Assembly (NCBI GenBank): GCA_964449245.1
Contig: CAYUXY010000002.1
Span: forward strand, 39,463-103,462
DNA: 64,000 nt
Source of the DNA: an uncultured Candidatus Saccharibacteria bacterium
Lineage (GTDB): Bacteria; Patescibacteriota; Minisyncoccia; UBA6257; GWB1-50-10
Direction of reading: 5' to 3'
Shown here: piece after piece, positions 21,477-31,199 of the stretch
How the letters are laid out: each line of letters opens with the position of its first letter
Position numbering within the stretch: position 1 is the stretch's first letter
Notes under the pieces: generated by a model
Seen by the model: only the letters and a program-made list of their open reading frames with translations
What the model was told of the DNA's origin: nothing
Database searches by the model: none
Translations under genes and position numbers: made by a program

Positions 21477-22688
21477 CTATTTGAGGTCATTATATATATT
21501 AGTTATTTCTTCAGCTGTAAGCGCTCGGCGATAAATCCGCACTTCATCAAATACTCCTGCCGGAGAATATATCTCAGCCCAACTTTGTTTACCGACATAT
21601 AACTCGCTTGCAGTATCCCAATCAGTTGTCGTACTTATATTAAGCGACCCATTTGATACGCCATTTAAATATCCATAAACTTTCGAATCTGCGCGATTTA
21701 CGACAATAGCAGCCAAATACCAGTTATTGCTATTTATAGCGTTTGTAAAATTACCAGAAACATCAAAACTTCCTCCACCGTCTCCGGCTGAGAATTTCAA
21801 ATATGCACCGGAAAATTCCCACCTCCAGCCATCATACGATCCACTATATTTATTAATCAGACTTTTTTCACCAGAAAGAGCCGTATAATCATTTACCTTA
21901 AACCATGCAACAACAGAAAAGTCTCCTGTTTGGAAATTAAGGCTTTCTCCGGAACCAAATTTTCCATACGTTCCGCTTCCGTTAAATAATGCGCAGGCTC
22001 CGGCTTTGCAATTCGGATATGAAACCCACGTAGGCACGCTCAAAAATGTACCAGTAGATCCCCTGCCGGACGCGTCATATATAGTTGAGCTTGCTCCCTC
22101 GTCAAAATGCCAATATCCAGCCAGTCCATCTTCAACCCTTACTGTAGTTTTTCCAAGAGTATTGATTACGACATCGCCCGCCAAAATTCCGTCACTTCCG
22201 GAATAAAGAGTAATGACTTTTTTTGCGTCCAATACTCCGGACAACGCGCTTAAAACCACATCGACGGTTTGTCCTAAATGCGGATTGCCAAAACGAACTC
22301 CGCGTCTTAGCGAATAAGTCTGATCAATAGTACCGGACGCGTAACTTTGGCCACTCCAAACTTTGAACGAATCCGTATCTCCGCTCGACAATCTCAATCC
22401 CCACGCCTTACCGTTTTCCTGAGTAATGGATCGTTTTTGCGTATCGCGGATAACCGCGACAAGTTCCCCTAATGTAAGCCGTAGATTTTGACTGCTCCTG
22501 TATTTTGAAAACATTACAAACCCGCCGGTAGACACTATCGCCGCAATCGCAACGACAACAAGAACCTCTATGAGAGTGAATGCCGATTTTTCACGCAATT
22601 CGTTTTTAAACGGATTGCGTTGGAAAAATCGAGCACCCCGCCCTCTAAGCGGTGATTCTTTTTTTGAGTGATCGCCAAGAACTTCCAT
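21477..22688 (-). CDS. type IV pilin-like protein with LamG-like domain
   Basis: KSAFTLIEVLVVVAIAAIV prepilin motif, LamG-like region (GYWHFDE ... WYLAAIVV ... YLNGV). The ATG start overlaps the GIY-YIG gene. A TTG at about 22598 would give a short MREKS leader. Confidence 0.65.
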   Translation of the reverse strand: MEVLGDHSKKESPLRGRGARFFQRNPFKNELREKSAFTLIEVLVVVAIAAIVSTGGFVMFSKYRSSQNLRLTLGELVAVIRDTQKRSITQENGKAWGLRLSSGDTDSFKVWSGQSYASGTIDQTYSLRRGVRFGNPHLGQTVDVVLSALSGVLDAKKVITLYSGSDGILAGDVVINTLGKTTVRVEDGLAGYWHFDEGASSTIYDASGRGSTGTFLSVPTWVSYPNCKAGACALFNGSGTYGKFGSGESLNFQTGDFSVVAWFKVNDYTALSGEKSLINKYSGSYDGWRWEFSGAYLKFSAGDGGGSFDVSGNFTNAINSNNWYLAAIVVNRADSKVYGYLNGVSNGSLNISTTTDWDTASELYVGKQSWAEIYSPAGVFDEVRIYRRALTAEEITNIYNDLK

Positions 22689-22869
22689 AATATTTTAACT
22701 TTCGCTCTCTGCTTCTTGCTTTTATTTCATCATTATACGCCTCATAGTAAATCAAAACAAAATTTGGCAAATCATTCTTGTGCTCTTTCATTCTACGTAA
22801 AAGATTATTGGTATAACCAATGTATAAATCGGAGCGCTTGATATGTTTTAGAACATATACGAAATACAT
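22645..22869 (-). CDS. GIY-YIG nuclease family protein (UPF0213-like)
   Basis: YFVYVLKHIKRSDLYIGYTNNLLRRMKEH GIY-YIG motif, 74 aa. Confidence 0.75.
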   Translation of the reverse strand: MYFVYVLKHIKRSDLYIGYTNNLLRRMKEHKNDLPNFVLIYYEAYNDEIKARSRERKLKYYGSSWRSLKKRITA

Positions 22870-22936
22870 AGAGGGCGGGGTAAGGTTTTAAAAACAAATT
22901 TTATTCGACTTTGTCTCAAAAATTTGTATAAAGCCC

Positions 22937-24148
22937 TTAGAATTGTATCGTCAACTGATAAATCGGAACTACGATAGCAAGTGCGATAAGTCCGATAACA
23001 AGACCTATCCCCATAAGCAAAATGGGCTCTAAGAAAGAAACGAGAGTTTTTAGAGAACTGTCTATTTCGCTTGTATAAAAATCAGCGAGCGTTTCAAGAA
23101 CTTCCTCAATGTGCCCCGCTCGTTCGGAGATAGAAACAAGATTAACAACCGTTTTCGGGAAAAAAGGCTCACGCTTAAATGCCTCTCCAACCGTAAGCCC
23201 TTTTGTTATTCCCTCTCTCGATATTCTAAGAAGAGCCTCTTTAAGCTCCATATGGCCAATTGAATCGGCCGTTATTTCCAACGCATCGGTAATCTGCATA
23301 CCGGCTTTTATGAGGGACGCGAGAGTTGCGGCAAATCTTTGAAGGGCGATTTTTTTTACGACTTCGCGTATAAGCGGAAGATTGTTGAAAATACTTGATA
23401 CAAATTTTTTGAAAACAAAAGACGTTCTGTGCAATACAAAAAATGCAACTCCTACCAAAAACAACAGGATTAGAATTATTCCTCCATAGTTTCCGAAGAA
23501 AAATCCAACTGCAAAAACAACCTTCGAAAACAGTGGCGGATCAAATCCGCTCTCTGAAAAAACTCCGGCAATCTTCGGTAAAGCAAAAATAACAAGAAAA
23601 ATTAGAATGAGAACGGATGTCGAAAAAAGAATAATCGGATAAAAAAGCGCGCTACGTATCTGATCTCTCAACGCTTTTTCTTTTGAAAGAGTGCCGGCCA
23701 AATGATCAAATATTGATTCAAGATTACCGGACGCTTCTCCGGCTTTTATTGAATTTACATATACTTGGCTGAATATTTTTGGATGCCTTGCAAACGCCAT
23801 ATAAAATGGCGAACCTTTCTCAAGATTGTTTTTGACTTCTAAAAGAAATGACCTAACGGACGCTTTTGTAAAATCCTCAAGAAGAATGTTGATGGCCTGA
23901 AGAAGCCCCGTGCCGATTTTCAACATAAGAGCAAGATATTTTGAAATAAAAACCTGATCGGTTAAATTAATATCTCCGCCAAATAGACTCTGACTAAAAA
24001 GAGAGCCGGCTTTTCTTACTGGCTTTATGCTGACCGGACGTAAACCCTGAGCAGAAATGGAAGATAGAACTTCTTTGATGTTCTCTGCGTCCATCTCATT
24101 CTCGACAATTTTCCCGTCAGGTTGTGATGCTGTAAAGTGATATTTCAT
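22937..24148 (-). CDS. pilC: type IV pilus assembly protein PilC / GspF family
   Basis: 403 aa with two T2SF repeats and three TM segments. Confidence 0.9.
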   Translation of the reverse strand: MKYHFTASQPDGKIVENEMDAENIKEVLSSISAQGLRPVSIKPVRKAGSLFSQSLFGGDINLTDQVFISKYLALMLKIGTGLLQAINILLEDFTKASVRSFLLEVKNNLEKGSPFYMAFARHPKIFSQVYVNSIKAGEASGNLESIFDHLAGTLSKEKALRDQIRSALFYPIILFSTSVLILIFLVIFALPKIAGVFSESGFDPPLFSKVVFAVGFFFGNYGGIILILLFLVGVAFFVLHRTSFVFKKFVSSIFNNLPLIREVVKKIALQRFAATLASLIKAGMQITDALEITADSIGHMELKEALLRISREGITKGLTVGEAFKREPFFPKTVVNLVSISERAGHIEEVLETLADFYTSEIDSSLKTLVSFLEPILLMGIGLVIGLIALAIVVPIYQLTIQF

Positions 24149-24376
24149 AACATTAATGCAAATATACTAATGTATGCTAATTATACGAATAAAAATTGTA
24201 ACTGTCATTACTGATTTATAGTTATTTAATTTTGAATAAGTGAAAAGAGTGAGTATTTTCTTCTCTGTTTTGCCCTCTGCTCTTTTTACTTTCATCTTTC
24301 GTCTGTTGTTGTCCGTATTCTGTAAATTGTCAGTTCTGTTAATTTTATTTCCATCACTCGGTAATTAAATAATTTA

Positions 24377-24450
24377 TTCGAAATTCGAAATTAGGTAAAT
24401 CGAAATTTGCATTACTTTCTACTTTACAAACTTTATAGACTTTTAACTTT
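24377..24450. repeat. dispersed intergenic repeat module A (near-identical copy at 41120..41190)
   Basis: ttcgaaattcgaaattaggtaaatcgaaatttgcattactttctactttacaaactttatagacttttaacttt. Confidence 0.8.
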
Positions 24451-24523
24451 AGTTTTTGACTAACCTGCTCCATATCATATGTTGTTTGTCGTGTATTGTT
24501 AGTTGTTTGTTATATGTCATTCA

Positions 24524-26239
24524 TTATTCCCTTATAACTCTCAAAACTTCTTCGAGGGTGGTAATTCCGAGTTCTACTTTTTTAAGTCCATCTTCGAGCA
24601 TTGTAGTCATACCTTCTGCGCGAGCAATTTTACGCAAAGCATCGAGGCTGAATTCCGGACTCATTATCAATTTTCTGACACCTTCCGTTACATTCATCGC
24701 TTCAAAAATACCAACCCTGCCCAAAAATCCGGAATTATTGCACGCCGGACATCCTCGTCCCCTATATAATACTTTTGGAATTTTAACTATATCAGGGTTA
24801 ACCGCCGAACTTTGAAATTCGAGCTGTATGGCCTTCATCGTTTCTTCATCCGGAGTATAAGATTCTATGCAATCGTTATGAATTCTCCTCGCGAGTCTTT
24901 GCGCGCACACAACATTTAAAACAGCCGCGACCAAAAATGGAGGCACGTTCATATCTATAAGACGCGGAACGGCGGTAGGAGCGTCATTTGTATGAACGCT
25001 CGAAAGCACAAGATGTCCGGTAAGCGCGGACTGCACGGCAATATTCGCCGTTTCCGCATCTCGAATTTCACCGACCATAATAATATTAGGGTCCTGACGT
25101 AATATTGAGCGAAGTCCGGTTGCAAACGTAATACCCGCAGCAGAATTTACCTGCGTCTGATTTACATAACGCATATCATATTCTATAGGATCCTCGATAG
25201 TAACTATATTAACCTCCGACCGATTCAAAATATTCATAATAGAATAAAGAGTCGTTGTTTTTCCTGAACCGGTAGGTCCGCAGACAAGAACCATTCCGTA
25301 TGTTTTTTTGACACCATTTTCCACGAGCTTTATTGTTTCATCAAAAAGTCCGAGTTCATTTAATGAAATCGGTTTTTGAGCCGCATTTAAAAGACGCATC
25401 TCTACTTTTTCTCCATAAAAAGTCGGGATTACGGAAACACGGACATCCATAAGAGCATCGCCTATTTTATGGCGGAATCTGCCGTCTTGCGGATGAGTAT
25501 GTTCGTCCACTCTAAGTCCGGAAAGTATTTTCATACGAGCAGTAATTGCGGGATGAATTTCTTTTGGCATTCTTATTATTTCTTCCAAAACACCGTCTAT
25601 GCGAAATCTTACAAGTATGGCATCATCGAGCGCTTCAAAATGAATATCGGAAGCTCTGGAAGAAATAGCGTATTCAAGAAGGTTGTCGACAATGGCGACT
25701 ATTGGAACATCTTCTGCCTCTTGGTTTAAATCCCCCTTTGATTTAGATCTCAGAGACTCTTGAATCCTGTCTTCTATAATTTTTTTAAAATCCTGCGTGA
25801 GTTGTTTGTGATATAACAAATATCCCCTATTTAAGTCTTCATCTGTGGCAAGATATGGCCTCACCTTTGATTTGAGTCTGAGCGAAAGAAAATCAATCGC
25901 CTCAAGGTCTGTCGGGTTATCCATCGCCACAGCATAAGATCCATCGTCTTCTTTTTTGAAAAGTATTATTTTTCTCTGTCTCGCGACCTCTTCCGGTATA
26001 AGATTCATTACAACTTCGTCTATCTTTTGAGTACCGAGATTAACCCTTTCAAAACCGAGAGTTTTTGCGAGCAAATTGAAGAAGAATTCTTTACTTATAA
26101 GTCCCTTTGAAACAAGAATGTCTACGACGTTCTGCCTTTTTCTGTCGGCTTCGTCTTTTACCGCGTCAAAAGTCGCCGTATCTATCACGCTCGCGGAAAT
26201 GAGCATTTCTTTAATTTGTTGCGATGGAAGTGAAATCAT
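24524..26239 (-). CDS. pilB: type IV pilus assembly ATPase PilB / GspE family
   Basis: 571 aa. N-terminal GSPII_E_N domains, Walker A GPTGSGKTTT, and the tetracysteine motif. Confidence 0.9.
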   Translation of the reverse strand: MISLPSQQIKEMLISASVIDTATFDAVKDEADRKRQNVVDILVSKGLISKEFFFNLLAKTLGFERVNLGTQKIDEVVMNLIPEEVARQRKIILFKKEDDGSYAVAMDNPTDLEAIDFLSLRLKSKVRPYLATDEDLNRGYLLYHKQLTQDFKKIIEDRIQESLRSKSKGDLNQEAEDVPIVAIVDNLLEYAISSRASDIHFEALDDAILVRFRIDGVLEEIIRMPKEIHPAITARMKILSGLRVDEHTHPQDGRFRHKIGDALMDVRVSVIPTFYGEKVEMRLLNAAQKPISLNELGLFDETIKLVENGVKKTYGMVLVCGPTGSGKTTTLYSIMNILNRSEVNIVTIEDPIEYDMRYVNQTQVNSAAGITFATGLRSILRQDPNIIMVGEIRDAETANIAVQSALTGHLVLSSVHTNDAPTAVPRLIDMNVPPFLVAAVLNVVCAQRLARRIHNDCIESYTPDEETMKAIQLEFQSSAVNPDIVKIPKVLYRGRGCPACNNSGFLGRVGIFEAMNVTEGVRKLIMSPEFSLDALRKIARAEGMTTMLEDGLKKVELGITTLEEVLRVIRE

Positions 26240-26407
26240 AAAAATTGAAAGTTAAAAAATCAAAATGGAAAATGGCGTAATATTAATTTCGATTGAATGG
26301 AAGAAGTATAAAGTTAAAAGACGAAGAACGGTCTGAATTCTATGCTATCCTCTCCTCTTTTATCTTTCTACTTTTCACTTTTGTCTTTCTGCCTTCTTCT
26401 CCGACAA

Positions 26408-27007
26408 CTAAAAACTAACAACTACCAACTTAATTAGTATACCAATAATTGCGAGCGGTAGCCAAAACAAATAAAGTGATGTTCGCTCCTTACCGGAACG
26501 ACTATGAATCCTTTGGATGATTGAAAAGACAACTGCCAGCAAAAATACGCACGCAACATAATGAATCCATAAATAATTCCACGCGGGATACCCAAGCAAA
26601 AAAATCGCAAGCGCAGCGAAATACAATTCATCCGGTTCAAAAAAACATCCGCGGGCGCGTTTATTTAAATACGTTCCGCCAAAAAATACTGCGACAGCGA
26701 CGAGCGCCGAAAAACAATAGAACAAAAGGAAGCGCATAAAGTGATAATAGAAAACATATCCTATTCCAAGATAAGGGGGAACAAGAAAACTCGCGGGCGG
26801 ACCGGCAGATTTCCATGCAAAATATTGAGCAATTACTATCCAAAAATAGTATCCGATGATAAAAGATACGGAACAAAATAAAAATACCTTCCCAATAATC
26901 TCTTTAGAAAATTTCCGTTCTTTGTTTTCCTTATTCAATCCGAAAATCTGCATAAAAAATGCGAGCAAAATAAAAAGCGCTGAAATTAACGGGACAATGT
27001 TATGCAT
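26408..27007 (-). CDS. polytopic membrane protein (hypothetical)
   Basis: 5-6 TM helices. The start was moved to the internal Met MHNIVPLISALF because the longer tracked ORF overlaps the pilin terminator. No prepilin-peptidase motifs were recognised. Confidence 0.45.
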   Translation of the reverse strand: MHNIVPLISALFILLAFFMQIFGLNKENKERKFSKEIIGKVFLFCSVSFIIGYYFWIVIAQYFAWKSAGPPASFLVPPYLGIGYVFYYHFMRFLLFYCFSALVAVAVFFGGTYLNKRARGCFFEPDELYFAALAIFLLGYPAWNYLWIHYVACVFLLAVVFSIIQRIHSRSGKERTSLYLFWLPLAIIGILIKLVVVSF

Positions 27008-27032
27008 ATAAGAATTATATAACACGGCGAAT

Positions 27033-27071
27033 ATAAAAAAACCGCGCCCCCTCAGAGGGGGGGGCGGGATA
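27033..27071 (-). terminator. rho-independent terminator after major pilin gene
   Basis: ccgcgccccc-tcaga-ggggggggcgg hairpin followed by a U-run on the minus strand. Confidence 0.6.
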
Positions 27072-27088
27072 GAAATCACAAATGTTTT

Positions 27089-27652
27089 TTACAAATCAAG
27101 TCCGGGATCATTTCCTATCTCGTAATAAGTGTCATCGTTTCCCCCATCTCTATCATTCAATTCAACGCTAGTAGTCGTCGCGGTAGAATATTTCGTGCTT
27201 TCCATATTGGCATCAATTTCAAACGTATCATAAGTGGCATTTCCCTGAAATGCGTATGCATAAGTGGTATTGTTTATTGGATCTATCGGAAGCCTTGAGA
27301 GAGGCGATCCGGCTGAAATTGCGCCAAAATTTATCGGCACCCATCCGCTTCCAGTAACTCCTGTCGAAGTTGAAATGGCATCGCACGTAAATGAGGTCGG
27401 TGGCTCAGACAACGCGGCGGTACAATTTTCGGTAGACGGAATATCAGCTCCGGAAACATCAGCCAAATAAAGCGCTATCGCGCTATGCAATGCCGCGAGG
27501 TCAGAAATTCTCGTGGAATCACGCCCCTGTTTTACAAGCTCTGCTGGATTAAGTATAACGACAACAGCTGTTGCTAAAACAGCAAGAATAGCGATAACGA
27601 CAAGTAGTTCTATAAGAGTAAAACCCTTCTTTTGTTTTTTAATTTTTACCAT
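27089..27652 (-). CDS. pilA: type IV major pilin (prepilin with canonical GFTLIELLVV N-terminus)
   Basis: MVKIKKQKKGFTLIELLVVIAILAVLA, 187 aa. Confidence 0.85.
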   Translation of the reverse strand: MVKIKKQKKGFTLIELLVVIAILAVLATAVVVILNPAELVKQGRDSTRISDLAALHSAIALYLADVSGADIPSTENCTAALSEPPTSFTCDAISTSTGVTGSGWVPINFGAISAGSPLSRLPIDPINNTTYAYAFQGNATYDTFEIDANMESTKYSTATTTSVELNDRDGGNDDTYYEIGNDPGLDL

Positions 27653-27772
27653 ATAAATGAGATAAGACCTTTTGTTCTCAATATTAAAATAATACGCTTT
27701 TAACTATTATACAATACCATCTCATAGAAAAAAAGAGGTGTGCATAACTAAAATTGTCGCATAACACGTGTC

Positions 27773-28165
27773 CTATTCCGCCAGAAGAAAGTCTTTAACT
27801 TTTGAAACCAGATCCTCCATAGAAACGCGCGCTTTTACAAAATATCCAATAGCTCCAAGAGCCTGCCCTCTTTCGATATCAGTGTCTTGCCCGAGATTTG
27901 AAATAATAACAATTGGAGCCGGATGATACTGAGAATCAGATTGAATCTTTTCCATTAATTCAAATCCTGAGAGCTTCGGGAGAATAATATCAAGTAAAAT
28001 AAGATCAGGCTTATTGGCCTTTAAATATTCAAGACCGTCGAGTCCATTTTTTTGATGCACAACGCCAAACCCCTCCTTTTCGAGTCTCTTTTTGAGAAGA
28101 TCTCCCAAAAGAGGCTCATCCTCAATAAGTAAAATATTTATTTTTTTATTTATATCTTCCATCAA
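27773..28165 (-). CDS. single-domain response regulator (CheY-like receiver)
   Basis: 130 aa REC domain with conserved DD ... D ... K pattern (ILLIEDEP ... LILLDIILP). Confidence 0.8.
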   Translation of the reverse strand: MMEDINKKINILLIEDEPLLGDLLKKRLEKEGFGVVHQKNGLDGLEYLKANKPDLILLDIILPKLSGFELMEKIQSDSQYHPAPIVIISNLGQDTDIERGQALGAIGYFVKARVSMEDLVSKVKDFLLAE

Positions 28166-28179
28166 TAGCCATCATACAC

Positions 28180-28228
28180 CAAAAAATAAAAACCCGCACT
28201 TTTTATTATATGTGCGGGTTTTTATTAA
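28180..28228 (-). terminator. rho-independent terminator downstream of 16S rRNA
   Basis: aaacccgcac-(loop)-gtgcgggttt hairpin with a flanking U-run on the minus strand. Confidence 0.55.
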
Positions 28229-28557
28229 AAGAAACTTTTTAGCTGCCCCAATTTCACCGGTGTTTAAAAAGATCCGGCAACTTTTTTTGGTACCGTGCTT
28301 GCGCACGGTATTACAAACCGCTGAAAGTTATCCGCCATTTGAAAATAGATTTCCAAATAAAAAGCGGATTGCTTTCGGCGATGTGTAATCGACTAAATTA
28401 ATTAATCCACGAACAGCTTCCGCTACCCGTGCCTTGTTACGACTTCGTCCGTGTCACCGAGCTTAGGCTGAACCCCTGTTGGAGTTTTCACCCACTCCCG
28501 GCTCCCCTGACGTGACGGGCGGTGAGTACAGGACTCGAGAACGTATTCACCGCGGCG

Positions 28558-28593
<36 letters not shown>

Positions 28594-28835
28594 AGGGCGA
28601 GTTGCAGCCCTCAATCCGAACTGGGGCGGTTTTTGATGGGATTAGCTCCGTCTTACGACTTGGCAACCCATTGTTTCCGCCATTGTAGCATGTGTGTAGC
28701 CCAGGGCGTCAAAGGGCCATGCTGATTTGACGTCGTCCTCGCCTTCCTCCGTCTATAAGACGGCAGTATCCCGTGACACATATAACACGGGAGAAGGGTT
28801 GCGCTCGTTACCCCACTTAAGGGAACACCTCACGG

Positions 28836-28866
<31 letters not shown>

Positions 28867-29121
28867 CCCGCCGTCCTTGCGGACAACAATCCTTTCGGAC
28901 TGTCTTCGTCGGGATTTCAAGCCCTGGTGAGGTGTCTCGTTTACCATCGAATTAAACCACATGCCCCACCGCTTGTGCGAGTCCCCGTCTATTCCTTTGA
29001 GTTTTAAGCTTGCGCTCGTACTTCCCAGGCGGCAGATTTAACGCGTTAGCTACGCCACCCCGAGGGTCGATACTCGAGACAGCTAATCTGCATCGTTTAG
29101 GGCGTGGACTACAAGGGTATC

Positions 29122-29765
29122 TACAATTTTGTTACTGCATAACAAAATTGCAATTTCTAATTTTGAATTTCGAAACTAATCGAAATAAAAATCTAATAAT
29201 TGCAAGCTCTGTTATGGGATGAAATATTTCTATTCATCTCTCTATGTCGCCATAGAGTTCGGCCTATATCTTCTCATCATAATGACGAGTCTGGCGTATA
29301 GTCTCTGAGGCTCCAAATTTACTATAGAAAATTATTCTTGAATCATTGTATAGACGATTCGAAGAATTTCTCAATTTTGATCTCATCGATTGCTTATCAT
29401 TGCTTCTATACAAGATCATTGCTTGATCGATTGATCAATTTTCCTATCAACATAATAAAATTGTTGCCTGCTGATTGTCTGCACCGAAAAGATTTTCACT
29501 CAACAATGAGTACTCTCGGATTCTCAGATTTTCCAGCATATAGCCAGATTATCCCCCGGACGACTTTCCGGAGGGGACTAATGCTCAATGGTACCCTTCC
29601 ACTCCGCGTATTCTTCAATACGCGAGACAATACATTTTTCAAGAAGCTCTCGGAAGTGAAAAAGATTGGTCTTTTGTAAAACAAAAGTTTTTCACTGAGA
29701 GTGCAAACCCGATTTTCCGCTGGAGAAAATCGAGGTTGGTTCTTGAAAATGAATTATCGAGCAAG
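29122..29765 (-). other. ~640-nt intervening sequence inside 16S (between GGATTAGA and GATACCC), ORF-less and highly structured
   Basis: Conserved 16S sequence is contiguous once this block is removed. No homing-endonuclease ORF. Multiple local hairpins. Boundaries are ambiguous by 2 nt. Confidence 0.7.
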
Positions 29766-30335
29766 TCTAATCCTTTTTGCTCCCCACGCTTTCGCGCCTC
29801 AGGGTCAGGAACGTCCCAGCAGAATGCCTTCGCCTTTGGTGTTCCGCACGATATCAACGGATTCCACCCCTACACCGTGCGTTCCATCTGCCTCTAACGC
29901 CCTCTAGTATGATAGTTTCCACGGCAGTTTCGGAGTTGAGCCCCGAGATTTAACCGCAGACTTATCATGCCCCCTACGCGCCCTTTACGCCCAATAAATC
30001 CGGATAACGCTTGTGGCCTTCGTATTACCGCGGCTGCTGGCACGAAGTTTGCAGCCACTTATTCCCGCCGTACTATCAGTCTTGCGACTTTCTCCGGCGG
30101 AAAAGTAGTTTACACACCTAAATGCTTCATCCTACACGCGGCGTCGCTCCATCAGGCTTTCGCCCATTGTGGAATATTCTCGACTGCTGCCTCCCGTAGG
30201 AGTAGGAACCGTATCTCAGTTTCCTCGCTGGGGAACAGGCTCTCACCTCCCCTACCGGTCGTAGTCTTGGTAGGCCATTACCCTACCAACTAACTGATCG
30301 GACCTAAGCCACTCCCAAAGCAACTTGCGTCTTTA

Positions 30336-30432
30336 CCCATCTCCAGTTCACTGAAAACAATTTCCTAAATACAAAGTTTGTAATATTAACATTCTTTGTT
30401 CAAAAAAATGTACTCAGTGAACTGGGGATGGG
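30336..30432 (-). repeat. 97-nt structured hairpin element in 16S V2 helix (copy A)
   Basis: cccatctccagttcactg ... cagtgaactggggatggg. Identical to copy B except for one compensatory base pair. Confidence 0.85.
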
Positions 30433-30515
30433 ACCATCGGGAATTAGTTCGCCTTTCGGCGAATTATGCCCGACTCTGGGGTATGTACTAAGGTGTTACT
30501 AGCTCGTTCGCCACT

Positions 30516-30612
30516 CCCAGCTCCAGTTCACTGAAAACAATTTCCTAAATACAAAGTTTGTAATATTAACATTCTTTGTTCAAAAAAATGTACTCAGTGA
30601 ACTGGGGCTGGG
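30516..30612 (-). repeat. 97-nt structured hairpin element in 16S V1 helix (copy B)
   Basis: cccagctccagttcactg ... cagtgaactggggctggg. Identical interior to copy A. Confidence 0.85.
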
Positions 30613-30764
30613 CGTTCGACTTGCATGCCTTATCCACGCCGCCAGCGTTCATCCTGGACCAGGATCAAATCCTCAAAAAAACAAATTGGGACAACTAAAA
30701 AATTTCTTTATTTTTTCGCTGTTTTAACTATTAAATTGACAAAAAACTTTCCTTTTTCACAGCA

Positions 30765-30800
30765 GGTTAAAGTATAGAGAAGAGCAGGAACACTTGTCAA
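30765..30800 (-). promoter_or_regulatory. sigma70-like promoter upstream of 16S rRNA
   Basis: Minus strand TTGACA-N18-TATACT, about 100 nt upstream of the 16S 5' end. Confidence 0.5.
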
Positions 30801-30878
30801 GAGGAAAATTGGATGCTATGCTTCTTCCATAAAAATATACGAAAACGCTGTTCGGTTGGGCGTTTTATATTAAAAAAT

Positions 30879-31136
30879 ATGAAAAAAAATCTTCATCCGG
30901 AATACCATACAGAAGCCAAAATAACGTGCGCTTGCGGTAACAAAATGACGATAGGCGCGACAAAAAAAGAAATAAAAGTTGAAATCTGCAGTAAATGCCA
31001 TCCGTTTTACACAGGTTCGCAACAGCTTATCGATACCGCCGGACGCGTAGAACGTTTCAAAGCGCGCCAATCTAAAGCGAAACCGAAAGCGGTGAAAAAA
31101 TCCGTTAAAAGAGTCAAGGCAGTATCAAAAAAATAA
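30879..31136 (+). CDS. rpmE: 50S ribosomal protein L31
   Basis: [28 protein letters not shown] ... [10 protein letters not shown] zinc-ribbon L31 signature. The start was chosen at the internal Met of the tracked ORF. Confidence 0.85.
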   Translation: MKKNLHPEYHTEAKITCACGNKMTIGATKKEIKVEICSKCHPFYTGSQQLIDTAGRVERFKARQSKAKPKAVKKSVKRVKAVSKK

Positions 31137-31199
31137 AGCGTCAGCCATCTGTTATATATTTAACTAAAAACTAACAACCAAAAAATAAAAACTGTATTT

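Noticed and set aside
26408-27079. Membrane protein as prepilin peptidase PilD and the full-length tracked ORF start
   Set aside because: No A24 peptidase Asp motifs (GGGD/xKL) were seen. The long ORF start overlaps the pilin terminator hairpin, so an internal Met (27007) was preferred.
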